Counted from the first letter of the stretch, positions 26,947 to 37,382 are shown. The stretch is DNA of 64,000 bases from Amnibacterium sp. (GCF_051956055.1 NZ_JBQCGC010000095.1:19456-83455), one strand, 5' to 3'. Program-made: numbers and translations. The notes: a model not told the origin generated them from the sequence alone.

Positions 26947-27741
26947 ATGCGCATCCGGACCGCCGCTCGGCGCACCGCGCTCGTCCTGACCGGCGCAGCG
27001 ACCGCAGCCGCTGTCGCCGTCGGCTGCGTCGTCGCAGCGGCACCCCACTCCGCCCCGGACGCAGCGGCCCCCTCCGCCGCCCGGCAGACGGCCGTCGAGC
27101 AGCTCGTGCAGGCCCGGCTCGCCGTCCTCGAGGGCCAGGCCGATCGGGCCGGCCGGACGGCGCAGCTCGCCGACGAGGCCGTGCTCGAGCACGACACCAC
27201 GGCGAACCGGGCCGCCGCGGACCGGGCCGAGCGGGCGCTCGCCACGCTGGCCGCGCAGCAGACCCCCGAGCTCGACGGGCTGCTCGGCCGCCTGACCGCC
27301 CTCGGCGTGCACGTCGGTGCCCCCACCGCCGACGGCGCCGTCGTCACCACCGCGGCGCTGGTGGGGCGAACGAAGGCGCTGCGTGCCGTGTCCTTCGCTC
27401 GCAAGCAGATCGGCGATCCGTACGTGTTCGCCGCCGCGGGGCCGCACCGCTACGACTGCTCCGGGCTGACGATGCGGTCGTACCAGGCGGTGCACGTCGG
27501 CATCGGCGGCCACAGCGCGACCGCGCAGTGGCGGACGGCCAAGCGGCACCACCGGCTCGTCTCGTACGCCCACCGCAAGCCGGGCGACCTCATCTTCTAC
27601 GGGCGTCCCGGCGCGGTGTACCACGTCGCGATCTACGTGGGGCACAACCGGATGATCGAGGCACCGTACCCGGGCAAGCGGGTGCGGGAGGTGCCGGTGC
27701 GCAGCTTCCAGCGGCTGTCGCAGGTCGGACGGCCCGCGTAG
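26947..27741 (+). CDS. NlpC/P60 (C40) cell-wall peptidase, secreted
   Basis: AAGGAG RBS; signal peptide; QIGDPYVF, YDCSGL, PGDLIFY, HVAIYVG. Confidence 0.92.
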   Translation: MRIRTAARRTALVLTGAATAAAVAVGCVVAAAPHSAPDAAAPSAARQTAVEQLVQARLAVLEGQADRAGRTAQLADEAVLEHDTTANRAAADRAERALATLAAQQTPELDGLLGRLTALGVHVGAPTADGAVVTTAALVGRTKALRAVSFARKQIGDPYVFAAAGPHRYDCSGLTMRSYQAVHVGIGGHSATAQWRTAKRHHRLVSYAHRKPGDLIFYGRPGAVYHVAIYVGHNRMIEAPYPGKRVREVPVRSFQRLSQVGRPA

Positions 27742-27808
27742 CCGGACCCCTCGGGCACGGGCCGTCGCTACAGTCGAGCGGTCCGTGTTCGAGCGCGTCA
27801 GGAGCGGT

Positions 27809-29044
27809 ATGCCCGTCGACCCCACCGATCCCGATCTGCCGCTGTACGGCGCCTCCCCGCTGACGGCCTACGCGCGGTACTGGCGCCGGTACGTGGTGTT
27901 CTCGGGCCGCGCGAGCCTCTCCGAGTACTGGTGGACGGTGCTGATCAGCGTGGTGATCGCCGTCGTGCTCGGGGCCGCGGGCGCGATCCTGCTGGCGATC
28001 GGAGCAGCGATCGCCAGGCAGGGCTCGGGCTTCGCCGCGATCCCGAACGCGGTCGGCGCCGTGCTGCTGTTCACGCTGGTGGTCTTCGCCCTCGCGCAGA
28101 TCGTCCCCAGCATCGCGCTCACCGTGCGGCGCCTGCACGACGCGAACCTCTCCGGGCTCCTCTTCCTCCTCGGTCTCATCCCGTCCGTCGGGGGCCTCAT
28201 CCTGCTCGTCCTGAGCGTGCTGCCCGCGAACCCCGACGGTCGCCGCTTCGATCAGGGGGCCACCGCATGGCCGCCGTCCGCTCCGGCCGCCCCAGCGACC
28301 TCCGCCGCGGCTCCTCCGGCCGCGCCCTCCTCGGCCGCCTCGGCGGCGAACGGCGGGTTCGACGCGTGGCCGGCTCCCGCCGATCCGGCGCCGAGCACCG
28401 CGCCCCTCCCGGTGCTCCGATCCGCCGACGCCGCGTCGGCGCCCGAGGACGCGCTCACCGCCGCGTGGGGCGCCATCGGCGAGGTCGAGCCGGTCGAGCC
28501 GCGGCTCGGCGTGCAGCCCTCCTGGCGCCGGCAGGGCTACCTGCTGGTCCGGCGGGCCGACGGGCTGCAGCTCCTCGCGACGAACGGGCTCGCCGCATCG
28601 GAGGGCGCCGCCGCGCTCGGCGCCGGTGCCGAGGTGTACCTCGCGAGCCCGGCGCTCGGCGCCGACCCGGACGCCGTGGCCGACGGGTGGCGGTTCACGG
28701 TCGTCGCGGCGGTCGCCAGACGCATCGGGGCGAGCGGGATGCACCTGCCCGCCGAGCTCGAGCAGTTCGGCGCGCTCTCGATGGCGGTTCCCGCCGACGC
28801 GCCCGACGGCTGGCGGAACGAGGACGGCCGGGTCGGCGTGCTGATCGGCGTCGGGGTGCCCGAGGTGCCCGACTCGGTCGCCACCGCTGCGGGCGAGGTC
28901 CGGCTGGTGGGACTCACGCCGCTGCGCCCGCAGGAGCTGCAGCGCATCCTCGACGGGGGCAGGGAGGCGCGGTCCGCGATCGCGGGACGGCTCGCAGCGC
29001 TCCCTCCTGCCGCCCTCACCGATCCGGAGCGCCCCGCCGTCTGA
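27809..29044 (+). CDS. DUF805 membrane domain fused to a Suppressor-of-fused (SUFU)-like domain
   Basis: FSGRASLSEYWW and LTVRRLHDAN (DUF805); Pro/Ala linker; ATNGL..GAGAEVYL..GWRF..VRLVGLTPLRPQEL (SUFU-like). Confidence 0.72.
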   Translation: MPVDPTDPDLPLYGASPLTAYARYWRRYVVFSGRASLSEYWWTVLISVVIAVVLGAAGAILLAIGAAIARQGSGFAAIPNAVGAVLLFTLVVFALAQIVPSIALTVRRLHDANLSGLLFLLGLIPSVGGLILLVLSVLPANPDGRRFDQGATAWPPSAPAAPATSAAAPPAAPSSAASAANGGFDAWPAPADPAPSTAPLPVLRSADAASAPEDALTAAWGAIGEVEPVEPRLGVQPSWRRQGYLLVRRADGLQLLATNGLAASEGAAALGAGAEVYLASPALGADPDAVADGWRFTVVAAVARRIGASGMHLPAELEQFGALSMAVPADAPDGWRNEDGRVGVLIGVGVPEVPDSVATAAGEVRLVGLTPLRPQELQRILDGGREARSAIAGRLAALPPAALTDPERPAV

Positions 29045-29078
29045 CCCGACCTGCTCCGCCGCGCGGCGCCGGTCGGCT

Positions 29079-29148
29079 CCCACCCCTTCGTCGTTCAGGA
29101 GATCCTGCCGCCACCGGCGAAATCCTCCTGAACGACGAAGGGAGTGGG
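29079..29148. repeat. Long hairpin (family E): bidirectional terminator or REP-like element
   Basis: 18-bp perfect arms CCCTTCGTCGTTCAGGAG (29084-29101)/CTCCTGAACGACGAAGGG (29125-29142). Confidence 0.8.
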
Positions 29149-29156
29149 GCCTCGGC

Positions 29157-30113
29157 TCAGTGGAAGCGGTGGTCCTGGGGCGCGAGCCGCTGCGCCCGCC
29201 GGGGCACGGCGACGCCCGAGGCGACGATGAGGCGCATCACCCGCTGCCGATGCCCCCGCCACGGCTCGAGCAGCTCGAGCATGCCCGCGTCGTCGACCTT
29301 CCTACCGATCAGGGCCGTGCCGACGATCCCGGGCAGGTGCAGGTCGCCGAAGCTCGGGGCGTCCGGGTCGCCGTGCGACCGCTGCGTCGTCTCTGCGGCG
29401 GTCCAGATGCCGACGCCCGGCACGCTCCTGAGGCGCTTCGCGACCTCCGCACCGCCCCGGCCGAGGCCGAGGGTGCGCTCGAGGCCCGGCGCGACGGCCG
29501 TGGCCGCCATCACCGCCGCCGACCGCTTCGGGTCGACGCCGGCGCGGTGCCAGTCCCAGGAGGGGATGCGCCGCCACGTCTCCGCGGTCGGCGCGACCCG
29601 CATGCCGTCGGGGGCCGGACCGGGCGCGCGCTCGCCGTGGCGCCGGAGGAGCCACGCCCACGCCCGGTGCGCATCGACCGTGGCCACCTTCTGCTCGAGG
29701 ATCGCCGCGACCAGCATCTCGAGCACCTGCCTGCACCTGGTGAGGCGCAGCCCCTGCTGACGGCGCCGCGTCTCCGCGAGCAGCGGTACGGCGGCGACGT
29801 CGAGGTCGCTCCAGTCGTCCCCGTCGCCGAGCAGCTCGGGCACGCCGTCGATGGCCCACTCGGCTCCTTCGCCCCATGCGGCGGCGTGCACGGCGCCGTC
29901 GCCGTGCTGCGCGAGCCGCAGTGTCGCGGGACCCTCGGGCGTCCGCACCGTCCGCCACACGACCGGGCGGTCGGGCTCGCGCCGGAACGTCGGATCACCG
30001 GCGCCGCGACGGAGCACCCGGACGGTCGCGAGGAGGTCGACGGGATCCGCGGGCGCGTAGACGGTCCGCACCGCCGGGACGGCGCCGAGCGCCGGACTCG
30101 CTGTCCCCCGCAC
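29157..30113 (-). CDS. DNA-3-methyladenine glycosylase II (AlkA-like, HhH-GPD)
   Basis: RRGAGDP, AILEQKV, LRSVPGVGIWTA (HhH), GDPDAPSFGDLH, LEPWRGHR; GTG 30113 follows -10 TACGCT (alternative start 30071). Confidence 0.88.
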   Translation of the reverse strand: MRGTASPALGAVPAVRTVYAPADPVDLLATVRVLRRGAGDPTFRREPDRPVVWRTVRTPEGPATLRLAQHGDGAVHAAAWGEGAEWAIDGVPELLGDGDDWSDLDVAAVPLLAETRRRQQGLRLTRCRQVLEMLVAAILEQKVATVDAHRAWAWLLRRHGERAPGPAPDGMRVAPTAETWRRIPSWDWHRAGVDPKRSAAVMAATAVAPGLERTLGLGRGGAEVAKRLRSVPGVGIWTAAETTQRSHGDPDAPSFGDLHLPGIVGTALIGRKVDDAGMLELLEPWRGHRQRVMRLIVASGVAVPRRAQRLAPQDHRFH

Positions 30114-30203
30114 GGGGGACAGCGTAGGAACGCGAGCGGCGCGCTCCCGCATCGACACGCCGCCCGCAGGCTTCTCACCTCCCGACGGACTACCGTCCCG
30201 CGG

Positions 30204-30692
30204 ATGGCGACACAGGACGAGACCGAGCGGCTCCGCGCACTCATCGACAAGGCGCGCATCGGCATCATCACGACCGTCAGCGCGGACGGGCAGCTGGTGA
30301 GCCGCCCCATGACGCTCGAGCAGCGCGAGTTCGACGGCGACCTCTGGTTCTTCACCGAGGACCCGTCCCACAAGACGGACGAGGTGCGGGCGAACCCGCA
30401 GGTCAACGTCGCGCTCCAGTCCGGCAAGGGCTGGGTCTCGATCGCGGGCGAGGCGCACGTGGTCAAGGACGCCGCCAAGATCGACGAGCTCTGGGACACC
30501 GGCGCCGAGGCCTGGTTCGAGGGCGGCCGCGACGACCCGAAGGTGGCGCTGCTGCAGGTGTCGGCGCGGACCGCGGAGTACTGGGCCTCCGACGACCCGA
30601 AGCCGGTCGTCCTCTTCAAGTACGCCAAGGCCGCGGTGACGGGCGGTCGCCCGGACGTCGGCGAGGCCCGCACCGTCGAGCTCGACGGCTGA
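30204..30692 (+). CDS. Pyridoxamine 5'-phosphate oxidase-like / general stress protein 26 family
   Basis: ARIGIITT, LVSRPMT, DLWFFT..HK..EV..NPQVNV, WVSIAG, AEYW. Confidence 0.88.
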   Translation: MATQDETERLRALIDKARIGIITTVSADGQLVSRPMTLEQREFDGDLWFFTEDPSHKTDEVRANPQVNVALQSGKGWVSIAGEAHVVKDAAKIDELWDTGAEAWFEGGRDDPKVALLQVSARTAEYWASDDPKPVVLFKYAKAAVTGGRPDVGEARTVELDG

Positions 30693-30694
30693 CC

Positions 30695-31630
30695 GTGCGC
30701 GCGATCCTCGCCACGGAACAGGGCGCACCCGCGCGCCTGACCGACCGCCCGGACCCGGAGGGCGCCGCCGTCACCGGGCTCTGGTCCTCGCTCAACTACA
30801 AGGACGCCCTGGCGGTCGCCGGACAACCCGGGGTGCTCCGGTCGCTCCCCATGGTGCCGGGCATCGACGTGGTCGGCCGCGACGACGCCGGACGGACGGT
30901 CATCGTGACGGGCGCCGGGCTCGGGGAGCGGGTCGACGGCGGCCTCGCCGACCGGGTCGCGATCGACCCGTCGACGGCCGTCCCCGTCCCGGACGCGTTC
31001 ACGCCGCAGCAGGCCGCAGCCATCGGCACCGCGGGGGTCACCGCGGCGCTCTCGGTGCTGGCGTTCGAACGCGCGGGCATCCCGGACGGTCCCGTGCTCG
31101 TCACCGGGGCGGGCGGGGGCGTCGGCGGATTCGCGATCGCGCTGCTCGCCGCCGGCGGCCGGGAGGTGCACGCCGCGACGGGCCGCGCCGCGGCGCTCGG
31201 CGACCACCTGCGCGCCCTCGGCGCTGCGGAGGTAGTGGACCGGCTGCCCGCCGAAGCCGGGCGCCCGCTGCAGCGGGCCGCCTGGGCCGGCGTCGTCGAT
31301 TCCGTGGGCGGTGGCGCGCTGGTCAACGCGATCGCCCAGACGCTCCCCGGGGGCGTGGTGGCCGCGTGTGGGCTCGCCGCATCGCCCGACCTGCCGGGTT
31401 CGGTGCTGCCCTTCATCCTCCGCGGCGTCACCCTGGCCGGCATCTTCTCCGTCGACCTCGAGCCGCAGCGCCGGGCGGAGGCGTGGGAGCTGCTCGCCGA
31501 GCGGATCGACGCGGCCACCGTCGACCGACTCGTCGAGCGCACGATCGGGCTCGAGGAGGTGCCGTCGGCAGCGGAGGACGTGCTCGCGGGCCGCGTCCGG
31601 GGCCGGATCGTCGTGCGCCTCACGGCCTGA
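30695..31630 (+). CDS. MDR family oxidoreductase (YhdH/AcuI-like)
   Basis: WSSLNYKDALA, VPGIDVVG, AIGTAGVTAAL, VLVTGAGGGVG, PFILRGVTL. Confidence 0.9.
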   Translation: MRAILATEQGAPARLTDRPDPEGAAVTGLWSSLNYKDALAVAGQPGVLRSLPMVPGIDVVGRDDAGRTVIVTGAGLGERVDGGLADRVAIDPSTAVPVPDAFTPQQAAAIGTAGVTAALSVLAFERAGIPDGPVLVTGAGGGVGGFAIALLAAGGREVHAATGRAAALGDHLRALGAAEVVDRLPAEAGRPLQRAAWAGVVDSVGGGALVNAIAQTLPGGVVAACGLAASPDLPGSVLPFILRGVTLAGIFSVDLEPQRRAEAWELLAERIDAATVDRLVERTIGLEEVPSAAEDVLAGRVRGRIVVRLTA

Positions 31631-31680
31631 CGCCGCTGCGGGGGCCCTGCGCGGCTGACGGGGCGGCGCGCGCCGCCCCA

Positions 31681-32727
31681 TCAGCCGCGGGTCGCCCCCG
31701 GAGCGCGGTCGGGCACGGACCGGCTCGGCGGAGCGGTCGACGTCCTGACGACGAGCTCCACCGGCGCGGGCGCGGTGCTCACGGCCCCCCGGCGCACGCC
31801 CAGCTCGGCGAGCAGCAGCGCCGCGGCCCTCGCCCCCTGCTCGGCGGGTGACTGCCGCACGGTCGTGAGCCCGAATGCGGCCGAGAACGGCAGGTCGTCG
31901 AGCCCCGCGACCGACACGGCCTCGGGGACGCGCAGCCCCAGCCCGCGCGCCGCGAGCATCACGCCGTACGCGGCCTCGTCCGAGGCCGCGAAGACCGCGG
32001 TGGGGCGGTCGGCGCCGGCGAGGAGTCGCAGCGCCGCGGCGCGACTCGCCTCCAGCTGCATGCCCCCCGAGACGAAGAGGCCGTCATCGGGGTCGACCCC
32101 CGCCTCGGTGAGCAGCTCGGCCCACGCCGCCCGCCTGGCACCCACCACGAACGCGTTCAGCCCCGGCTCGCGGTCACCGCCGACGTGCCCGATCCGGCGG
32201 TGTCCCAGGTCCAGGAGGTGACGGACGGCGAGCCGGGCGGCCTCCGCCTCCGGGATCCCGATGCCGCGCACGCCGGCGACGCGGCCGCCGACGGTCACCA
32301 CCGGCTCACGCACCTCCCGGACGACGCGCTGCTCCTCCTCGTCGAGCCCGAACCCGTTCACGATGTGGGCGGACGCGTTCCCCGCGTGCAGCTCCGCCGC
32401 GGTCAGCCGCCGCCGCTGGCCGCCCGCCTCGCCGAGGTTCACCAGGCTCGTCGCCCACCCCGCCTGGCGCAGCGCCGCGTCCACCCCCTCGACGACCGAC
32501 GAGTAGAACCACGGCGTCAGCGCCGGCGTGACCACGGTCACCGCCTTCGGGCGCCCGGTGGCGAGCGCGGAGGCGCTGCGCGAGGCGACGAAGCCGAGAC
32601 GATCAGCGGCCTCGCGGACCGCTTCCGCGGTCTCCGGGGCGACGTGCCGCAGGTCCCGCAGGGCCCGGGACACGGTGGCCTCCGACACCCCCGCCAGCCT
32701 GGCCACGTCCCGGATCGTCGCCGGCAT
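31681..32727 (-). CDS. LacI family transcriptional regulator
   Basis: MPATIRDVARLAGVSEATVSRAL HTH, PTAVFAASDE, VPEAVSVAGLDD, LTTVRQ. Confidence 0.95.
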   Translation of the reverse strand: MPATIRDVARLAGVSEATVSRALRDLRHVAPETAEAVREAADRLGFVASRSASALATGRPKAVTVVTPALTPWFYSSVVEGVDAALRQAGWATSLVNLGEAGGQRRRLTAAELHAGNASAHIVNGFGLDEEEQRVVREVREPVVTVGGRVAGVRGIGIPEAEAARLAVRHLLDLGHRRIGHVGGDREPGLNAFVVGARRAAWAELLTEAGVDPDDGLFVSGGMQLEASRAAALRLLAGADRPTAVFAASDEAAYGVMLAARGLGLRVPEAVSVAGLDDLPFSAAFGLTTVRQSPAEQGARAAALLLAELGVRRGAVSTAPAPVELVVRTSTAPPSRSVPDRAPGATRG

Positions 32728-32807
32728 CCCACCCGTTCCCCGCAGTCCGGTCGATCCGGGCACGGACAACGCTACGACCCGTGCAGCGCCCGCGTGGCGA
32801 TTTGCTC

Positions 32808-32821
32808 CGCAACCGCTTGCA
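32808..32821. promoter_or_regulatory. Candidate LacI-family operator CGCAACCGCTTGCA
   Basis: Close to the LacI/GalR palindrome TGnAAnCGnTTnCA, between divergent lacI and MFS genes. Confidence 0.55.
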
Positions 32822-32918
32822 GATCGAGCCTGCACGCGCCTCCACGAGCGTCGACGCCGGATCCGGTGTCCCCGTGTCCGGGCCGGCGCTCCACCGCTTT
32901 CGATCCGTTCAGGAACCC

Positions 32919-34175
32919 GTGTCCACGAACACCGCCGCCATCCCCGTCATCCGACCCGCCGTGTCGCCGGGCGACGCCCTCCACCGGCGCGCCCGCACGA
33001 CCGTCGTCGTGGTGCTCGGGCTGCTCGTCGCGCTCGGCCCGTTCACGACCGACCTGTACCTGCCGGCCTTCCCCGCGGTGCAGGCCTCGTTCCGCACCTC
33101 CGACGTCGCGATCCAGCTGACCCTGTCGGCGACGATCCTCGGCTTCGCGCTGGGACAGCTCGTCGTCGGTCCGCTCTCCGACCGCTTCGGCCGGCGCGTG
33201 CCCCTGCTCGCGGCCACGACGCTGCACGTGCTCACCTGCCTCGGCGCCGCCGTGGCCCCGAACGTGGGCGTGCTCGCGGCGCTGCGGCTGCTGCAGGGCG
33301 TGGGGGCGGCAGGCGGAGGCGTCGTCGCGGCGGCGATGGTGCGCGACCTGTTCCACGGGCACCGGCTGGTCCGCATGCTCGCGAACATGGGGCTCGTCTC
33401 CGGGCTGGCGCCCATCCTCGCGCCGCTGATCGGGTCCCAGCTGCTCGCCGTCCTCGACTGGCGCGGCCTCTTCGTCTCCCTCGCGATCTACGGCGCCGCC
33501 GCGCTCTCGCTCGCCGCGTTCTCGCTCGGCGAGACCCGTCGGTCGGACGGTGGATCGGCCGATCGCCGCGGCACGGTGCGGGCCCGCTACCGGGCCGTGC
33601 TCTCCGACCGGGTGTTCGTCGGCGCTGCGGTCGTGGGCGCGATGCAGGGTGCCGGGCTGTTCTCGTACCTCGCGGTGTCGCCCTTCCTGCTGCAGGACCG
33701 CTACGGCCTGAGCCCGCAGCAGTACGGGTTCGTGTTCGCGGTGAACTCGGTCGGGGTGATCGTCGGCGCGCAGTCCGCAGCGCGGGTCATGCGCCGGGTC
33801 GGCCCCCAGTGGATCCTCGTCGCCACGATCTCCGCGCAGCTGCTGAGCGCGGTGGCCCTCGTCTCGACGGCGCTGTACCCGGCGCCGCTGGTCGCGGTCA
33901 TCGCTCCCCTGTGCCTGTTCATGACGGCCTGCGGCTTCGCGTTCCCGAGCGTGCAGGTGCTGGGGCTGATCCACCACGGGGAGGAGGCGGGCACCGCCGC
34001 GAGCCTCCTCGGCGTCGGCAACTTCGGGCTCGCCGCGATCATCCCGGTGCTCGTCGGCCTGCTCGGCTCCGCGGCCGCGTCGTCGATCGGGATCGTGGCA
34101 TCGGTCGGTGGCGTGTGCGCGGCGACCGCGATGCTCCTCCTGATCCGCCCGAGGACGGTCCCGCCGATCGCGTAG
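32919..34175 (+). CDS. Bcr/CflA family multidrug efflux MFS transporter
   Basis: ALGPFTTDLYLPAFP, GPLSDRFGRR, AMVRDLF, ~12 TM; AGGAA RBS. Confidence 0.92.
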   Translation: MSTNTAAIPVIRPAVSPGDALHRRARTTVVVVLGLLVALGPFTTDLYLPAFPAVQASFRTSDVAIQLTLSATILGFALGQLVVGPLSDRFGRRVPLLAATTLHVLTCLGAAVAPNVGVLAALRLLQGVGAAGGGVVAAAMVRDLFHGHRLVRMLANMGLVSGLAPILAPLIGSQLLAVLDWRGLFVSLAIYGAAALSLAAFSLGETRRSDGGSADRRGTVRARYRAVLSDRVFVGAAVVGAMQGAGLFSYLAVSPFLLQDRYGLSPQQYGFVFAVNSVGVIVGAQSAARVMRRVGPQWILVATISAQLLSAVALVSTALYPAPLVAVIAPLCLFMTACGFAFPSVQVLGLIHHGEEAGTAASLLGVGNFGLAAIIPVLVGLLGSAAASSIGIVASVGGVCAATAMLLLIRPRTVPPIA

Positions 34176-34180
34176 CCGCC

Positions 34181-34231
34181 CGCGGCCGACCACGACGTGC
34201 GCTCGGAGTGGCCTCGGGGCGAGACCACCCC
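34181..34231 (-). repeat. Degenerate family B copy
   Basis: Reverse complement GGGGTGGTCTCG..AGGC.ACTCCG.GCGCAC.TCG aligns with family B; between convergent genes. Confidence 0.5.
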
Positions 34232-34234
34232 GGG

Positions 34235-35638
34235 TCAGGCGGGCGGGGTCGCCGCCGCTGCGGCCCGTGCCGCGGCGGGCAGCGCCGCCTCGACCCGCGC
34301 GAGCGCGGCGTCGTCGTGCGCCGCCGTGAGGAACCACGCCTCGAACACCGAGGGCGGCAGGCTGACGCCCTGCTGGAGCATCGCGTGGAAGAAGGCGGGG
34401 TGCCGCCACGCCTCCTGCTCGCGGACCTCGTCGTAGTCCCTGGGCGGCCGGTCGAGGCCGAACGCGACGCTGAACAGGTTCCCCGCCCGCGAGATCGCGT
34501 GCCGGACCCCCGCCTCCGTGAGCGCCGAGCCCACCGCGGCGACGACGCGGTCCGCTGCGGCGTCGACGCGGGCGTACACGTCCTCGTCCGCCGCATGGAG
34601 GGTCGCGAGGCCCGCGGCGACGGCGAGCGGGTTCCCCGACAGCGTGCCTGCCTGGTACACCGGGCCGAGCGGCGCGAGGAGGTCCATGACCGCCGCTCGG
34701 CCACCGAGCGCGGCGAGGGGCATGCCCCCGCCGATCACCTTGCCGTAGGTGAGCAGGTCGACGTCGACGGCGCCGGCGGGATCGAGCGCCCACCAGCCGC
34801 CCGCGTGCACGCGGAACCCGGTCAGCACCTCGTCCATGATCACGAGGGCACCGTGCGCGTGCGCCACCTCGACGAGGGTGCGGTTGAAGTCGGCGTCCGG
34901 TGCGACGACCCCCATGTTCGCCGCGGCGGCCTCCGTGATCACCGCGGCGATCCGGCCGGGGTGCCGCTCGAACGCGAGCCGGAGCGCGCCCTCGTCGTTG
35001 TACGGCAGCACGAGCGTCTGCGCCGCGATCTCGGCGGGGACGCCCGCGGAGGCGGGCAGTGCGAGCGTGGCGACGCCCGAGCCCGCATCGGCGAGCAGGC
35101 CGTCGGAGTGCCCGTGGTAGTGCCCGGCGAACTTCACGATCAGCGGCCGGCCGGTGGCGCCCCTGGCGAGCCGCACCGCGGTCATCGTCGCCTCGGTCCC
35201 CGTGGACACGAGGCGCAGCCGCTCGACGGGGGAGCGGCCGTCGCGGCGCACCCGCGCGCGGACGAGCTCGGCCAGCTCGACCTCGCCCTCGGTGGGCGCC
35301 CCGAAGGAGAGCCCCCGGTCGGCGGCGCGCTTCACCGCCTCGACGACGGCCGCGTGGCCGTGCCCGAGCAGCGCGGGTCCCCAGCTGGCGACGAGGTCCA
35401 CGTACTCGCGGTCCTCCGCGTCGTAGACGTAGGGGCCGGAGGCGCGCTGCACGAAGCGCGGGGCTCCCCCGACCGAGCGGTAGGCGCGGACGGGCGAGTT
35501 GACCCCACCTGGGATCGAGCGCTGTGCCCGCTCGAACAACCGGGCGTTCGCGTCGAACGGCTCCTGCGGCCCGGGGCCGCTCGGCTCGGCGGCGGCGTCC
35601 GCGAGGTGCGCAGCGCCGGTCAGCGGTTCCTCAGCCAT
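34235..35638 (-). CDS. hemL: Glutamate-1-semialdehyde 2,1-aminomutase
   Basis: [65 protein letters not shown]. Confidence 0.97.
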   Translation of the reverse strand: MAEEPLTGAAHLADAAAEPSGPGPQEPFDANARLFERAQRSIPGGVNSPVRAYRSVGGAPRFVQRASGPYVYDAEDREYVDLVASWGPALLGHGHAAVVEAVKRAADRGLSFGAPTEGEVELAELVRARVRRDGRSPVERLRLVSTGTEATMTAVRLARGATGRPLIVKFAGHYHGHSDGLLADAGSGVATLALPASAGVPAEIAAQTLVLPYNDEGALRLAFERHPGRIAAVITEAAAANMGVVAPDADFNRTLVEVAHAHGALVIMDEVLTGFRVHAGGWWALDPAGAVDVDLLTYGKVIGGGMPLAALGGRAAVMDLLAPLGPVYQAGTLSGNPLAVAAGLATLHAADEDVYARVDAAADRVVAAVGSALTEAGVRHAISRAGNLFSVAFGLDRPPRDYDEVREQEAWRHPAFFHAMLQQGVSLPPSVFEAWFLTAAHDDAALARVEAALPAAARAAAAATPPA

Positions 35639-36597
35639 CCGGCCACCTCCACGGCCCAGTAGGTGAGCACCGCATCGGCGCCCGCGCGCCGGATCGCGGT
35701 GATCGACTCGAGGATCGTGCGCTCGCGGTCGATCCAGCCGTTCCGCGCAGCGGCCTCGACCATCGCGTACTCGCCCGACACCTGGTAGGCCCAGACGGGC
35801 ACCGGGCTCTCCCGCGCGACGTCGGCGAGCACGTCGAGGTAGAACGAGGCCGGCTTGACCATGACGACGTCGGCGCCCTCCTCGACGTCGAGCACCGCCT
35901 CGCGGCGCCCCTCGCGGCGGTTCGCCGGGTCGAGCTGGTAGGTGCGGCGGTCGCCCTGCAGCGCCGACTCGACCGCGTCGCGGAACGGCCCGTAGAGCGC
36001 GGAGGCGTACTTCGCGGCGTAGGCGAGCAGCAGCACGTCCTGCCTGCCCGCCGCGTCCAGCGCCTCGCGCACCGCGGCGACCTGGCCGTCCATCATCCCC
36101 GACAGCCCGAGCATGGCCGAGCCGGCGTCCGCCTGAGCGAGGGCCATCTCGCGGTAGCGGAGCAGCGTCGCGTCGTTGTCGACGCTGCCGTCGGGGGCGA
36201 GCACCCCGCAGTGCCCGTGATCCGTGAACTCGTCGAGGCAGAGGTCGGTCTGCACGACCAGCGCGTCCCCGACCTCCTCCGCCACCGCCCGGGTCGCGAC
36301 GTTCAGCACGCCGTCCGGGTCGCTGCCGCCCGAGCCCACCGCATCGCGGTGCTCGGGGACGCCGTAGAGCATGATCCCGCCCACGCCCGCCTCAGCGGCC
36401 TCGACGGCGGCGCGGCGCAGGCTGTCGAGGCTGTGATGCAGGGTGCCCGGCATCGACTCGATGGGTCGGGGTTCGGTGATGCCCTCCCGGACGAAGGCGG
36501 GGAGCACGAGCTGGGCGGGGTCCAGCCGGGTCTCCGCGACGAGGCGGCGGACGGCGGCCGACTGGCGGATGCGGCGGGGGCGGATGGGGAGGTTCAC
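35620..36597 (-). CDS. hemB: Porphobilinogen synthase
   Basis: [56 protein letters not shown]. Confidence 0.97.
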   Translation of the reverse strand: MNLPIRPRRIRQSAAVRRLVAETRLDPAQLVLPAFVREGITEPRPIESMPGTLHHSLDSLRRAAVEAAEAGVGGIMLYGVPEHRDAVGSGGSDPDGVLNVATRAVAEEVGDALVVQTDLCLDEFTDHGHCGVLAPDGSVDNDATLLRYREMALAQADAGSAMLGLSGMMDGQVAAVREALDAAGRQDVLLLAYAAKYASALYGPFRDAVESALQGDRRTYQLDPANRREGRREAVLDVEEGADVVMVKPASFYLDVLADVARESPVPVWAYQVSGEYAMVEAAARNGWIDRERTILESITAIRRAGADAVLTYWAVEVAGWLRNR

Positions 36598-37382
36598 GGC
36601 AGTGGTCCCTGCATGGTTCGGTGGAGGGCGAGCTCCACGAGCGTGTCGATGAGCGACTCGCTGCTGCGCTCGCGGGCGACGAGGTCGACGCGCAGGCCGG
36701 CGGCCTCGGCGTCGACGGCCGTGCGCGGGCCGATGCACGCGATGACGGTGCGCGACGGCACGAGCCCGATCTGCATCGAGATCTGGTTGGCCACGCTGCC
36801 TGAGGTGATGAGGATCGCGTCGAACTGGCCGGCCGCGACGCTCGCGATCGTCTCCGGTGCGATCGGCACCCCGACGGTCCGGTACGCGACCACCGCGTCG
36901 ACGTCGTGCCCTGCGGCCCGCAGGCCGTCGGTGAGCACGGGCTTCGCGATGTCGCTGCGGAGGGCGAGGATGCGCAGCGGCACGACGCCGTCGGTCGCGT
37001 CGGCCCACTCGGCGAGCAGCCCGGCCGCGGAGTTGTCCCGCCGTGGCACGAAGTCGACGCGGTAGCCGACGGCCCCGAGCGCGGCGGCCGTCGTCTCGCC
37101 GACCGCCGCGACCTTCGTGCGCTCGGGGATGACGACCCGGTGCGCCGCGAGCACGTCGACCGTGGTGGCGCTCGTGATCGAGATCCAGTCGTACTCCCCC
37201 GCCCGGAGCCGCTCGAGCCCGCGGTCCAGGGCGGGCTCGTCGGCCGTGCCCGCGAAGTTGATCGAGGGCGCGACGACGGGGTTCGCGCCCCGGAGGCGCA
37301 GCTCCGCGGCGACGCCGTGACCCCACGGACCGCCGCGCGGCACGAGCACGCGCCAGCCGCGGAGCGGCTTGTCCGCGCTCAT
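36594..37382 (-). CDS. hemD: Uroporphyrinogen-III synthase
   Basis: [42 protein letters not shown]; operon position. Confidence 0.88.
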   Translation of the reverse strand: MSADKPLRGWRVLVPRGGPWGHGVAAELRLRGANPVVAPSINFAGTADEPALDRGLERLRAGEYDWISITSATTVDVLAAHRVVIPERTKVAAVGETTAAALGAVGYRVDFVPRRDNSAAGLLAEWADATDGVVPLRILALRSDIAKPVLTDGLRAAGHDVDAVVAYRTVGVPIAPETIASVAAGQFDAILITSGSVANQISMQIGLVPSRTVIACIGPRTAVDAEAAGLRVDLVARERSSESLIDTLVELALHRTMQGPLP

